Shown piece by piece: positions 32,634-43,186 of a DNA stretch of 64,000 nt (the stretch's first letter is position 1; each line of letters opens with the position of its first letter). Both the position numbers and the translations under genes were made by a program. This DNA comes from Candidatus Parcubacteria bacterium (lineage in GTDB: Bacteria; Patescibacteriota; Patescibacteriia; Buchananbacterales; SURF-54). The stretch spans positions 66,065-130,064 of the forward strand of contig QZIX01000009.1 in assembly GCA_003599635.1 (NCBI GenBank), written 5' to 3'. Under the pieces are notes generated by a model. The model worked only from the letters and a program-made list of their open reading frames with translations. It was not told the DNA's origin and searched no databases.

Positions 32634-33012
32634 ATTCCTTTCTTTGCCTGAATTGTGGCTTATTATAAAGAGCGGTGGTTTTAGTGGAAATTATTTAATA
32701 TATAGCATATTTTGAGAAAAAAGTCAATACCACCCCAGCTGAATTCAATGAGTAAGTGCAAAACCCTTGGTAAAATAAGGGTATGTGAAAAAAAAGACGC
32801 AAGTGGCAAAGAATTATTTTTCGTTGATGCGTTTAAGTCCCTTGCGGTTGTTTTTCTGGCCCTGCGAACAATGCACAATAAGCCCAAGAATCCGAAAGTT
32901 GTTACGGTGATTTTGTAAGTAAAGCTGATAAGGTAGTAAAATAAAGTTCATTTCTTTTTTTCTTCTTAACACTGTAAAAACGGTTACATCATAATGCAAT
33001 AAATTATCGATC

Positions 33013-34263
33013 ATGTCGGGTTTCAATATTTTAAAAATTTCTTTGGACGCGCTTAAAAAAAACAAGATAAGGAGTTTTTTGACGATTTTTGGCATTGTCA
33101 TCGGAATTTCCGCCGTAATAATCGTAATGTCTGCCGGTAAAGGGCTTGAGGGACTGGTGCTGTCCGAGCTTGAAGCATTTGGCACGGATTTTATTGAAAT
33201 CGAGGTAAAAGTCCCGAACACCAAGCACACTTCATCGGAAAACGCTGTCGGAATGGTTCAGGGAATCACTGTAACTACGCTTAAATTCGAAGATGCCGAG
33301 GCAATTGAAAAACTACCCAATGTCATATCCAGTTATTCCGCCATTTTAGGTCAGGAAATCGTTTCTTTTGAGGGGGAAAACAAACAAGGAATGCTTTTCG
33401 GATCTTCCGCGTCATTTATTGACCTGGATCCCAGCGAAGTGGGCGAAGGCAGATTTTTCAGTCAAGACGAAGAAAGCAATTTGTCCCAGGTTGCCGTTTT
33501 GGGCTCGGCCATAAAAGGCGATCTTTTCGGTCCCGGTGACGCGGTCGGAAAATCAGTCAAAATCGGAAAATTGAAATTTGAAGTAATCGGTGTAATGGAA
33601 GAGCAGGGAGGCGGGGCTTTTTTCGACCGAGATAATTTAGTTTTTCTTCCGTTGAGCACTTTGCAGAAAAAAATTATGGGCGTTGACTATGTTTCATTCA
33701 TTTTGGCTAAGGTAGAGGACAATTCGATGGCCAAAGCCACTGCTGATGAAATAACTATGCTGTTACGGGATCGCCATAATATTTCCGGAAATGACAAAGA
33801 CAAAGACGATTTTGCGGTCATTACTATGCAGGAAGCATTGGATATGCTGGATACTGTTTTTGGCGCCATTACTCTTTTGCTTATAGCTTTAGCGGGAATT
33901 TCGCTTATCGTGGGCGGAGTCGGCATTATGAACATAATGTACGTGTCCGTCGCGGAGAGGACTTATGAAATCGGTTTAAGAAAATCAGTGGGAGCGTCAA
34001 AACAAGATATTTTGTTGCAGTTTTTGTTTGAAGCCGTTGCCGTAACTTTTGCCGGCGCCGTACTGGGAATTTTAATCGGTATTCTATTCTCATTTTTGAT
34101 CTATGTCGGCGCGACAAGCCAGGGCTTGAATTGGCGTTTTATAATTACACCGTTGTCTGTTGTCTTGGCCTGCGGGTTTTCCGTAGCTCTGGGGCTTATT
34201 TTCGGCCTGTGGCCGGCCAAAAGAGCTTCTGAACTTGATCCGGTGGAAGCTTTAAGAAGATAA
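33013..34263 (+). CDS. Second ABC transporter permease (MacB/FtsX family)
   Basis: Same motifs as the first permease; ends DPVEALRR. Confidence 0.95.
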   Translation: MSGFNILKISLDALKKNKIRSFLTIFGIVIGISAVIIVMSAGKGLEGLVLSELEAFGTDFIEIEVKVPNTKHTSSENAVGMVQGITVTTLKFEDAEAIEKLPNVISSYSAILGQEIVSFEGENKQGMLFGSSASFIDLDPSEVGEGRFFSQDEESNLSQVAVLGSAIKGDLFGPGDAVGKSVKIGKLKFEVIGVMEEQGGGAFFDRDNLVFLPLSTLQKKIMGVDYVSFILAKVEDNSMAKATADEITMLLRDRHNISGNDKDKDDFAVITMQEALDMLDTVFGAITLLLIALAGISLIVGGVGIMNIMYVSVAERTYEIGLRKSVGASKQDILLQFLFEAVAVTFAGAVLGILIGILFSFLIYVGATSQGLNWRFIITPLSVVLACGFSVALGLIFGLWPAKRASELDPVEALRR

Positions 34264-34363
34264 TGGCAATACTTTCCCCGCCGTTCCTGCCAAAAGTAAA
34301 ATTTTTTTCATTTAACTTATGGAGTCACAAAAAAAGGGTGCGTGGCTCCCTAGCTGTTTTTAG

Positions 34364-34821
34364 CTATTCGAGGAAGTCTTCTTCTTCCTCATCTCCGTCT
34401 GCCGGTTGTAAATTGTTGTCTTGGCCGGCGACTTCCAGGACTTGTTTTTCGCAAAAAATGGGGCAGTTCATTCGAACCGCCAGAGCAATGGCATCGCTTG
34501 GCCGGCAGTCGATCTTGATGACAAGGTCATCGTTGCCGTTTGTTTCTTGCCGGAGTATCAGGTAGCCGTAAAAGGTTCCGCCTTCCAGCTTGTAAATCCG
34601 CACTGATTGCAGGCTGGTATGAAAACCTTTCAAAATAAGAACAATAAGGTCATGGGTCATCGGGCGCGGCATTTCGACTTTTTCCAAGCCATTGGCAATG
34701 GCAAAAGCTTCTGCATTCCCGGCCAGGATCGGCAAAATTCTGTCTTCATAGCTCAGAATAACAATCGGCCTTCCCAGTACATCATATATCCTCCGCCCAA
34801 CTTCATTTCCAGTAACGCCAT
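34364..34821 (-). pseudogene. Bifunctional nuclease (DUF151) family gene with a frameshift near the 5' end
   Basis: PIVIL..RILPI..EAFAI, PRPMTHDL and DCRPSDAIALA; the SD-linked ATG at 34821 (MALLEMKLG) is in a different frame. Confidence 0.75.
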
Positions 34822-35010
34822 TATCGTTCCTCCTTGTTATATTTTGGACGTGGCACAACAGAATTTCTGTAATCTTATAACTTTGTATTTTTTGTCAACT
34901 TGTAATGTCGGTTATTATGTTAAAAGGAACAGATATTTCCGGTGGCAATGGTGTGCCACTCTCGGCCGGGCTTTAAAACAGCCGGTTTTTTATGATTATC
35001 AGGTATACTC

Positions 35011-35070
35011 TTGACAAGCCCACTTTTAATTAATACAATAGAATTAGCACTCATACGTTTTGAGTGCTAA
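35011..35070 (+). promoter_or_regulatory. Sigma70 promoter and CIRCE operator
   Basis: TTGACA-17-TACAAT (35011-35039); TTAGCACTC-N9-GAGTGCTAA (35044-35070), perfect consensus. Confidence 0.97.
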
Positions 35071-35090
35071 CCAAAAAATAATCATTATTT

Positions 35091-35768
35091 ATGGAGAAAA
35101 GGCAGGAACAGCTTTTAGAATCAATAATTTTGCATCATATAGAAACAGCCGAGCCGGTCGGATCAAAATCTGTTGCCGGCAGCAGATTTTTTAATTTGTC
35201 TCCGGCGACAATACGAAATGAAATGGCAGTTCTTGAAAACGACGGCTATATTTTCCAGCCGCATACATCAGCCGGAAGGATTCCGACCGAAAAGGGTTAC
35301 CAGTATTACATTAAACATCTGCTTTCGGGAAAAGAACTGGATAAAAAATCAAAAAGCGGTTTGCTGACGGCGCAAAAAAACGGAAAGAAGGATTTGGCAA
35401 AAAAACTGGCGGAATTTTCACGGCTGGCGGTTTTTTTGGGATTTTCCGACAGCAATTTTTTTTATACCGGGCTGGCAAATCTTTTTTCCCAGCCGGAATT
35501 TTCCCAGCGGGAAAGAGTTTACAATATTTCCGAAGTTGTTGATCATCTAGATGAAGCGATCAATAAAATTTTTAACGACATAAACAGCGAACCCGAAATT
35601 TTTCTGGGAAAAAACAATCCTTTCGGCAGCTTTTGCGGCACCATCTGCGTTAAATACAGATCCAAAAATGAAAACGGCATTTTGGGACTTTTGGGGCCGG
35701 TGAGGATGAATTATAAAAAAAACCTGGCCCTGATCAAATATTCGTCAGAATTAATGGAAAGTTTATAA
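35091..35768 (+). CDS. hrcA: Heat-inducible repressor HrcA (short form)
   Basis: EPVGS, SPATIRNEM, QPHTSAGRIPTEKGY and LGPVRMNY; CIRCE upstream. Confidence 0.95.
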   Translation: MEKRQEQLLESIILHHIETAEPVGSKSVAGSRFFNLSPATIRNEMAVLENDGYIFQPHTSAGRIPTEKGYQYYIKHLLSGKELDKKSKSGLLTAQKNGKKDLAKKLAEFSRLAVFLGFSDSNFFYTGLANLFSQPEFSQRERVYNISEVVDHLDEAINKIFNDINSEPEIFLGKNNPFGSFCGTICVKYRSKNENGILGLLGPVRMNYKKNLALIKYSSELMESL

Positions 35769-35788
35769 GTCCGAATTATACTTTTAAT

Positions 35789-36295
35789 ATGACTGAACCA
35801 AAACCCGAAGAAAAAAAAGAAAAAAATGAATTCAAAGACGATACTTTAAGGCAGCTTGAAGAATGCCGGAAAAAGTCGGAAGAATATCTGAACGGCTGGA
35901 AACGCGCCAAGGCGGATTACATCAATTACAAAAAGGAAAAGGAAAAAGAATTTATCGATTTGGTAAAATTCGCCAACGCCGGTTTGATTTTGGAACTTTT
36001 GCCGATTCTTAACAATTTTAAGGAAGCCAGGAAACATCTGCCTAAAGAGCTGGAAAATTCGGAATGGGTAAAGGGAGTGTTTAGCATTAAAAGGCAGCTT
36101 AAGGATATGCTGAAAAATCTGGGTATTGAAGAGATCAGGACAGTCGGTGAAAAATTCGATCCGGCCATGCATGAAGCCGTGGCTGAGGAAGTGAAAGAAG
36201 GCATTCCGGCCGGTCAGATAATAGAAGAAGTAAAACCGGGCTACAAATTGCATGAAAAAGTGATTCAGGCAGCGAAAGTGAAAGTGGCGAAATAG
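35789..36295 (+). CDS. grpE: Nucleotide exchange factor GrpE
   Basis: RAKADYINYKK, GEKFDPAMHEAV and GYKLHEKVI. Confidence 0.97.
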   Translation: MTEPKPEEKKEKNEFKDDTLRQLEECRKKSEEYLNGWKRAKADYINYKKEKEKEFIDLVKFANAGLILELLPILNNFKEARKHLPKELENSEWVKGVFSIKRQLKDMLKNLGIEEIRTVGEKFDPAMHEAVAEEVKEGIPAGQIIEEVKPGYKLHEKVIQAAKVKVAK

Positions 36296-36527
36296 CCCAC
36301 GGCTTAGAGTTAATGGCTAATGGTGTAAGATTAAATTAAGAGACGGAGAGATTTGTTGAAAATTTGGAAATTAACATTTAAAATTTTGTTTGGCATTTTC
36401 CGCCAGAGGCGGATCTGCCTTTGGCTGATGATTTTGGAATTTTAAAATTTTAATAAATAAAATATTAATAAAATTGTCAGGGTAAACCAAAAAATACCAA
36501 CTGGCAATTTTTAAGGAGAATAAACTT

Positions 36528-36968
36528 ATGGCAATTATAAAATGGACACCTTTTTTAGGCGGCGAACCATTTGAGGACATGGGCAAATGGCTCGAAACTT
36601 TCGAAAAATCAGCCGGCCAGGGATTTACGCCGGCAGTCGATGTTTATCAGGACAAGGACAATGTTTATGTTCAAACGCCTTTGGCGGGAGTAAATCCGGA
36701 AGATGTTGACGTTTCGATTGAAAATGACGTTTTGACGGTTAAAGGCGAAAGTAAAAAGGAATCAGAAGTCGATGAAAAAAATTATTATAGAAAAGAAATC
36801 CGGCAGGGCAGTTTTTACCGTTCGGTTGCTTTGCCTGCTCACGTTATCGGTGAAAAGGCACAGGCCGAATCCCATGAAGGCATGCTAAAAATCGTTGTCC
36901 CCAAAGCGCCGGAAGCCAAAACCAAAACAATCAAAGTTAAGGTTAAAGGAAAAAAGTCAAAAAGATAA
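36528..36968 (+). CDS. Hsp20/alpha-crystallin small heat shock protein
   Basis: PAVDVYQ, YYRKEI.GSFYRSVALP and GMLKIVVPK. Confidence 0.95.
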   Translation: MAIIKWTPFLGGEPFEDMGKWLETFEKSAGQGFTPAVDVYQDKDNVYVQTPLAGVNPEDVDVSIENDVLTVKGESKKESEVDEKNYYRKEIRQGSFYRSVALPAHVIGEKAQAESHEGMLKIVVPKAPEAKTKTIKVKVKGKKSKR

Positions 36969-37005
36969 CTGTTTTTTACAATTTAAAATTGTCTTAAAAG
37001 AAGGC

Positions 37006-37278
37006 CTACTTGAGCAGTAGGCCGATGAAATGCCGAATGATATTGAATGACCACTTTCCATTTTCATGGTCGTAGAAAAGCGGTTTTTTTCTGGTGATTT
37101 GACTCAGTATAAAACAAAAAGTGTAGAGTCCCTCCAAAATAAGACCAAAGAAAATGAGTAAAAACTTATGGCAGTAAAGACCACCAACGATAAGAGCGAA
37201 AGGTAAGAATGAAAAAAAGACATATTCTTTGATGCTTAGACTGTTGAACACCGTAATGTTCTGATCTTTTTCAGTCAT
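37006..37278 (-). CDS. Orphan 2-TM small protein
   Basis: AAGGAG SD; two hydrophobic segments. Confidence 0.65.
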   Translation of the reverse strand: MTEKDQNITVFNSLSIKEYVFFSFLPFALIVGGLYCHKFLLIFFGLILEGLYTFCFILSQITRKKPLFYDHENGKWSFNIIRHFIGLLLK

Positions 37279-37304
37279 TTTTCACTCCTTTGATTAATGT
37301 ACAA

Positions 37305-37439
37305 TCAATTGTCGTTTGATGGAATTTCGTTTTGTTCTTTCAAATGTTCGGGGCATTTTTGGCAGCCATCTTTTTCATAAGCTCGGGTGCAGTTGCCGCA
37401 TGCTTGTTGATTTATAGCTTCTTGTTCGGGGTCATACAT
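37305..37439 (-). CDS. 44-aa CxxC/CxxC microprotein
   Basis: MYDPEQEAINQQACGNCTRAYEKDGCQKCPEHLKEQNEIPSNDN*; GAAAGGA SD. Confidence 0.6.
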   Translation of the reverse strand: MYDPEQEAINQQACGNCTRAYEKDGCQKCPEHLKEQNEIPSNDN

Positions 37440-37591
37440 ATTTTTTTCCTTTCTTTGAAATATCTATAACAGAATGTATGAATCGGTCAAGGGGATAAGT
37501 AAGAGAGTTCTGGATTTGCTTCAAAATTTTAATCAGTTGATGGTGGTTAAAAGCTACGCGATTATGACGATAATGCGATCGGTAATATAAT

Positions 37592-37682
37592 AAAAAAGCC
37601 CGCCAGTTGGCTTTAATAATAAAATAATTTGCCAAAAGGCGGGTCGTTACGAAAGCCCTTATGCGTGCGGGAAAGAACAGTG
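37592..37682 (-). ncRNA. Candidate ~90-nt small RNA
   Basis: TTGACT-17-TATAAT (37717-37689), no ATG-started ORF, then a CCCGCC/GGCGGG hairpin + T6. Confidence 0.4.
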
Positions 37683-37785
37683 TGAAGGATTATATCCCGG
37701 CCCGAAGGGCAAGTCAAAAAAATCAAAAAATTAGGCAATTTTAAAAAAAATCCGCTTGAAAACAGCGGATTGGTGAAATTTTTTG

Positions 37786-37950
37786 TCACTTGTTGAATTT
37801 ATCAAGGTTATGGCAGATGAACCAGCAGCAGATTAAGAGGACAGCAAAAACTATTCTCCAGGCAAACGACAGTTTTTCGATGCCACTACTATTGATATTA
37901 AAAACTATCGTTGGCAGAACAAAAACAAAAACAATTACGGCTTTTAACAT
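37786..37950 (-). CDS. 54-aa 2-TM orphan protein
   Basis: AGGGGG SD, upstream TTGACA, downstream hairpin at ~37745-37771. Confidence 0.6.
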   Translation of the reverse strand: MLKAVIVFVFVLPTIVFNINSSGIEKLSFAWRIVFAVLLICCWFICHNLDKFNK

Positions 37951-38241
37951 ATTTTTTCCCCCTAAAGAAATAGACTGAAAAAAAGAACATTTCAAACAGT
38001 TAATCAAATTCCGCGAAAGATGTCAAGATAAGTCTGAAATTGCCGCAAGATAAAGAAAGTTTTTTTATGATATTAAAAAAAAGAAAGGTTGAAAAAGAAA
38101 CCCGGAAAAAAAGTTAGCGCTTTTGAAGTTGTGAACTTTAAAATAAAAAAATGCCCCTCTCTGCGGCAGCTTATCCACCAGAAGCAATATTTTACCTCTG
38201 TTTAAATAATGGCAAGGCCCAGAGAGGGGAAAAACAAGATA

Positions 38242-38433
38242 CTATTTAAAGGTTCGATAAAGTATAACTGCGCTCCAAATGGCAAAAATTATGCCTGCGC
38301 TGCTAAATCCCAGGGTTGCCGCAAAATGACTGATATTTATTGAAGACATTACAACCCATGATAACCCAAACAAAAACATAATCTGCCAGAAGAGAAATGG
38401 TAATTTTCGCACTATCACTGACCCCCCCTTCAA
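38242..38433 (-). CDS. ~60-aa 2-TM orphan protein
   Basis: G-rich SD, upstream TTGACT..TAATAT; the true start is probably an internal GTG. Confidence 0.55.
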   Translation of the reverse strand: MKGGSVIVRKLPFLFWQIMFLFGLSWVVMSSINISHFAATLGFSSAGIIFAIWSAVILYRTFK

Positions 38434-38582
38434 TTTATTAGAATATTTAATATTAGCAAATTTTTAAAAAAAGTCAAGATGAAATTAAATAATTCCGGTT
38501 TAGAGTTTTTTCCTGTTAATCTGAATGAAAGCTATAAGATTTTTACCTTGATGCTGTTTAAAATAAAAATCGCCGTAAAAAA

Positions 38583-38819
38583 CTAATTTTTACGGCGAAA
38601 TGTCTTGGACAATGAATCCTTTATTTTCCAGAACACAAAAGCTCCAAGAGACACAATAGACATGAAAGGAACTGCGAAATATTCTGCTGTTTCCCGAGTT
38701 GAAAATCGCGTCATGGCAAAGGCCAAAGCTATGATGAATGCCAGAAGCAGACAGAAGACAAATGCTTCAGCCAGTTTCCATAAACAGAATCTTTCCGACA
38801 TGTTCTTTACTTTATCCAT
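38583..38819 (-). CDS. 78-aa 2-TM orphan protein
   Basis: AAGGAGG SD, upstream TTGACT, two hydrophobic helices. Confidence 0.65.
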   Translation of the reverse strand: MDKVKNMSERFCLWKLAEAFVFCLLLAFIIALAFAMTRFSTRETAEYFAVPFMSIVSLGAFVFWKIKDSLSKTFRRKN

Positions 38820-38874
38820 ACTAACCCTCCTTCTGTTATAAATATGTTAACTATTTGTTTAAGATAAGTCAAAA

Positions 38875-39297
38875 ATGAAATTAAATAACCCGGCAGACTT
38901 AATCGTTACTAACAATAAAAAGCAGATACTTTTGGTTAAAAGAGCAAAAACGCAGAAAGAATTTCCCGACTGTTGGTCTTTTCCCGGCGGCGGTTGTGAA
39001 ACGGGAGAAACGGCGGAAGAAGCAATCAAAAGGGAGATAAAAGAGGAACTGAATTGTAAAATAAAGAAATTGCAATATTTTAAATCATATTATTATAAGG
39101 GAAAAGGTTATCATTCGCGGGTGCTGTATTTTTACGGTACAATCTCAGGTAAAATAAAGTTGCAGGAAAAAGAATTGTCAGATTTTAAATGGTTTGAATT
39201 AAATAATGATTTATTGAAGTTGAAGCTGGCATATGAGCAAGAAGAAGTTGTGAAAGATTTTATGAAAGCAGTAAGTGATAAGTTGGTAAGCAGCTAA
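38875..39297 (+). CDS. NUDIX hydrolase
   Basis: WSFPGGGCETGETAEEAIKREIKEEL. Confidence 0.92.
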   Translation: MKLNNPADLIVTNNKKQILLVKRAKTQKEFPDCWSFPGGGCETGETAEEAIKREIKEELNCKIKKLQYFKSYYYKGKGYHSRVLYFYGTISGKIKLQEKELSDFKWFELNNDLLKLKLAYEQEEVVKDFMKAVSDKLVSS

Positions 39298-39315
39298 GTA
39301 TCCAAGTTTAATTAC

Positions 39316-39398
39316 TGTCATTCCGAACTGGTTTCGGAATCTCAAATAGAGATCCTGAATCATCCTTCGGCAGGCTCAGGACAAGGTTCAGGATGACA
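39316..39398. repeat. GTCAT-family repeat with nested CTTCG..GCTCAGG unit
   Basis: TGTCATTCCGAA...GGTTCAGGATGACA. Confidence 0.85.
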
Positions 39399-39446
39399 AT
39401 TAGAGTTGATATAGTATAGAGCGATATAAAGTAAAAAGTTAAAAAT

Positions 39447-40073
39447 ATGAATAATAATATAGAATCAAGACCAGATGTAGTAGAGGGCAAAAAAGAAGGA
39501 AAAGTTATAATTGAAATAGGGCCTGGTTTGGCCCCATCCTTTATACTTTCTGATAAATTGGACCGCGAAATAGATGATGGTGCAAGCTACGTTGCCATTG
39601 ATTGCAACCTTGAAGAATTAAAGGGGATGGAGGATATTGGATTAAGAGAAAGAGGGGCGGCTGTGGCAGGTGATTTAAACAAATTACCTTTAAAAGACAA
39701 AACTGCCAATGAAATTTGGGCTTTGAATGTTTTAAGTGGTTTTAAGAATATCCCGGAAAAAATGCCTGACGGTACATCAGTAACAACATTAGGATTTAGT
39801 AAAATTTTCAAAGAATTAGCAAGAGTCATTAAAGATGATGGTAGGATAATAATAGGAGAAATATATACCCCCGTTAAAGGTGCAAAGGAAGTAGATTTGT
39901 CCAAATATGGTTTTGATAAACAAGTTTTTACTGGCAACGAATTAAAGGAGTTTTTGAAAGAAAATGATATAAGCGAAGAGATACTTAGCGAACATAGTGA
40001 GTGTGAAAGGTGGGGCGAACCATTTTTTATGGTTTTAACAAAGAATAAAGCAGAAGAATCGGAAAAAGTTTAA
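39447..40073 (+). CDS. Class I SAM-dependent methyltransferase-like protein
   Basis: IIEIGPG, YVAID, GDLNKLPL and ELARVIKDDG. Confidence 0.8.
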   Translation: MNNNIESRPDVVEGKKEGKVIIEIGPGLAPSFILSDKLDREIDDGASYVAIDCNLEELKGMEDIGLRERGAAVAGDLNKLPLKDKTANEIWALNVLSGFKNIPEKMPDGTSVTTLGFSKIFKELARVIKDDGRIIIGEIYTPVKGAKEVDLSKYGFDKQVFTGNELKEFLKENDISEEILSEHSECERWGEPFFMVLTKNKAEESEKV

Positions 40074-40077
40074 AAAT

Positions 40078-40773
40078 ATGAAGAAGAAAAATAATTATCA
40101 AGAGTACAATGTATTAATAGAGTATGGAAATCAGTTTTATAAAATATGTAAGATTATAATTAAGAGAAATGAAGGTGACATAATTTATATACCATCACAG
40201 AGAAAAGTCATGTCAAAGGGTAATATTATCCGAGACAAGACTTTTAATATTTCTACTTTAGATAGAAAAATCGACCATATTACCTTTCACAAAAGCGGAA
40301 CTGCACATGTGGTGTTTTCAGATAGTGATGTCGAAGTCTTAGAATATGGATTTGCTGACCTAGGAAACGTTGCTAACAAAGAGAGGTTAGAAATAAGCAA
40401 AACAGGTTATCAAACACTCATTATTGATACTTTTATAGAATCAATAAGTTTACCAAAAACTAAAGTCATTATAAACGATATAATTTTTTACGTTCCAAAG
40501 ATGACGCCATTTCAATTTCAATTGCGCTTAGTTTCTGGACGTTTGGTTGTTTCCACTTTGTATCCCGAGGTTTTACAAACAAAACATAAGTTAATTATCA
40601 AAAATGGTCATGAGTGCACAAACTTTGTGGGTAAGGAAGATATGGATTTAGGTTGGGAATCAAATAATCAAGATAAGTTGCTACATAATATTTTATATAC
40701 ATATATTGGAAATGATTTATTACAGGGAAGGAGAATCGTTATACCAAGCTCTGACCAAATGACAAACGAATAA
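40078..40773 (+). CDS. Hypothetical protein
   Basis: 231-aa AT-rich ORF; no motif recognised. Confidence 0.7.
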   Translation: MKKKNNYQEYNVLIEYGNQFYKICKIIIKRNEGDIIYIPSQRKVMSKGNIIRDKTFNISTLDRKIDHITFHKSGTAHVVFSDSDVEVLEYGFADLGNVANKERLEISKTGYQTLIIDTFIESISLPKTKVIINDIIFYVPKMTPFQFQLRLVSGRLVVSTLYPEVLQTKHKLIIKNGHECTNFVGKEDMDLGWESNNQDKLLHNILYTYIGNDLLQGRRIVIPSSDQMTNE

Positions 40774-40804
40774 TAAATAGTTAAAATAATTAATGATAAA
40801 AAGG

Positions 40805-40960
40805 TGTCATCCTGAGAGAAGCGAAGGATCCCGAGATTCTTCGTCACTTCGTTCCTCAGAATGACATATGAGATCCTAAATCCAGTTCAGGACGACAAAA
40901 AAGTTTGGAATTTAGGTTTTGGAATTTGTTTAGAAATTAGGATTTAGGATTTGGAAATTT
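40805..40960. repeat. GTCAT-family repeats followed by a heptamer tract
   Basis: TGTCATCCTGAG...CTCAGAATGACA, AGATCC..TTCAGGACGACA, then (TTTAGGA/TTTGGAA)n. Confidence 0.8.
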
Positions 40961-41036
40961 CATGCATAGAATTAACAATAAAAAATTTAATATAATCAAA
41001 CTAATAATCAATTAAACAATTAACTAAAAAAATATT

Positions 41037-42977
41037 ATGGCAAAGATTTTAGGCATTGACCTGGGAACTACCAATTCCTGCATGGCAATAATCGAAGGGG
41101 GAGAACCAAAAGTTTTGGAAAATAAGGAAGGCGCGCGGACCACGCCGTCGGTTGTGGCGATTTCAAAAACCGGCGAGCGCTTAGTCGGCATGCTGGCCAA
41201 ACGGCAGGCCGTAACCAATCACGAAAATACCATTTATTCCGTTAAGCGGCTTATCGGCCGAAGATGGGAAGATGACGAAGTTCAGCGCGACGTCAAGCTG
41301 ATGCCTTATAAAATCGTAAAATCAGGCGACGGCGTTAAAGTTCAGATGTCGGGCAAAGAATACACGCCGCAGGAAGTTTCCGCTATGATTTTGCAGAAAT
41401 TAAAAAATGACGCCGAAGAAAAATTGGGAGAAAAAATTACCGAAGCGGTAATTACCGTGCCGGCATATTTTGACGATTCGCAAAGGCAGGCCACCAAAGA
41501 CGCCGGTGAAATTGCGGGTTTAAAAGTGCGGCGGATTATAAATGAACCCACAGCCGCGGCTTTAGCTTACGGCTTTGAAAAGAAAAAAGGCCAGCAGATT
41601 GCGGTCTACGACCTGGGCGGCGGCACTTTTGACATTTCAATATTGGATGTGTCATCCGACACAGTCGAAGTAAAATCAACTAACGGCGACACGCACCTGG
41701 GCGGCGATGATTTCGATCAGGTAATAATCCAATGGATAATAGACGAGTTTAAAAAAGATCAGGGAATTGATTTGTCAAAAGACACCCTGGCTTTGCAAAG
41801 AATAAAAGAGGCGGCGGAAAAAGCCAAAATCGAACTTTCGACGGCAATGGAAACCGAAGTCAATCAGCCGTTTATAACATCCGATGCATCGGGGCCGAAA
41901 CATTTAACGCTGAAATTGTCACGCGCCAAATTGGAAAGTTTAGTCGGCGATTTGATTGAAAAAACCAAAGGACCTGTTATGGCGGCTTTAAAAGACGCTA
42001 ACTTATCGGCTAAAGATATTGAAGAGGTGATTATGGTCGGCGGCATGACCAGGATGCCCTTGGTGCAAAAAACAGTGGAAGAAATTTTCGGCAAAAAACC
42101 GCATTTGGGAGTAAATCCAGACGAAGTTGTGGCGGTCGGCGCGGCAGTTCAGGCCGGAGTTTTGCAGGGTGATGTCAAGGATGTTTTACTTCTGGATGTA
42201 ACGCCGTTGACTTTGGGCATTGAAACACTGGGTTCGGTTATGACACCATTAATTGACAGAAATACGACTATTCCGACGTCTAAATCGCAGGTGTTTTCAA
42301 CAGCTGCCGACAACCAGCCGTCAGTTGAAATTCATGTGCTGCAGGGCGAAAGGCCGATGGCGCCGGACAATAAAACTTTGGGCAGATTTATTTTAGACGG
42401 TATACCGCCGGCGCCGCGCGGCCTGCCCCAAATAGAGGTTACCTTTGACATCGACGCTAATGGCATTTTAAACGTTTCGGCCAAAGACAAGGGCACCGGC
42501 AAAGAGCAGAAAATCACCATAACCGCTTCATCGGGTCTGTCCAAAGAGGAAGTTGAAAAAATGAAAAAGGAAGCTGACCTGCATGCCGAAGAAGACAAAA
42601 AGAAAAAGGAATTGATTGAAACCAAAAATATGGCTGACACCCTTGTTTATACTACGGAAAAAGCTCTGCGCGATGCCGGCGATAAAGTCCCGTCAGACGT
42701 TAAAAAGCAGATAGAAGAAAAAGTGGAAGCCCTGAAAAAAGTCAAAGACAAAGATGATGCGCAGGCAATAAAAACCGCAGCCGATGATTTAAGCCGGACT
42801 GCCCAAAAACTCGGCGAAGCAATGTATAAACAGCAGGGCCCTTCCCAAGACCCGGGCAAGGGACAAGATCAGGGCCAGCCTGCAGGCGACCAGCCGAAAG
42901 ATAATAAAGGCCCGGTTGAAGGCGAATATGAAGAAGTGGACAAGGATAAAAAGGATAAAGATGATAAAAAAAAGTGA
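41037..42977 (+). CDS. dnaK: Chaperone DnaK
   Basis: [23 protein letters not shown] and NPDEVVA. Confidence 0.99.
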   Translation: MAKILGIDLGTTNSCMAIIEGGEPKVLENKEGARTTPSVVAISKTGERLVGMLAKRQAVTNHENTIYSVKRLIGRRWEDDEVQRDVKLMPYKIVKSGDGVKVQMSGKEYTPQEVSAMILQKLKNDAEEKLGEKITEAVITVPAYFDDSQRQATKDAGEIAGLKVRRIINEPTAAALAYGFEKKKGQQIAVYDLGGGTFDISILDVSSDTVEVKSTNGDTHLGGDDFDQVIIQWIIDEFKKDQGIDLSKDTLALQRIKEAAEKAKIELSTAMETEVNQPFITSDASGPKHLTLKLSRAKLESLVGDLIEKTKGPVMAALKDANLSAKDIEEVIMVGGMTRMPLVQKTVEEIFGKKPHLGVNPDEVVAVGAAVQAGVLQGDVKDVLLLDVTPLTLGIETLGSVMTPLIDRNTTIPTSKSQVFSTAADNQPSVEIHVLQGERPMAPDNKTLGRFILDGIPPAPRGLPQIEVTFDIDANGILNVSAKDKGTGKEQKITITASSGLSKEEVEKMKKEADLHAEEDKKKKELIETKNMADTLVYTTEKALRDAGDKVPSDVKKQIEEKVEALKKVKDKDDAQAIKTAADDLSRTAQKLGEAMYKQQGPSQDPGKGQDQGQPAGDQPKDNKGPVEGEYEEVDKDKKDKDDKKK

Positions 42978-43186
42978 TAAGGTACAAGTGATAAGGTACA
43001 AATAGAAAGTAAAAGACGGCGCCGATAAATATTAAAAATTGTTATGTATAAACAAAATTTGCAAAATCGGTGCCTGAGATTAGCGGTTAGGTATCATTTA
43101 ATTAACCAATCACGACAGTTAGGTGAGAGTTTTTTGGAAAAAGAAAAAAGGCGAGGTTGTTGCTCGCCAAACGTTATTGTGTATTC

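Noticed and set aside
32681-33230. Track ORFs between and overlapping the two permeases
   Set aside because: No convincing start or SD, or they are antisense shadows of the permease
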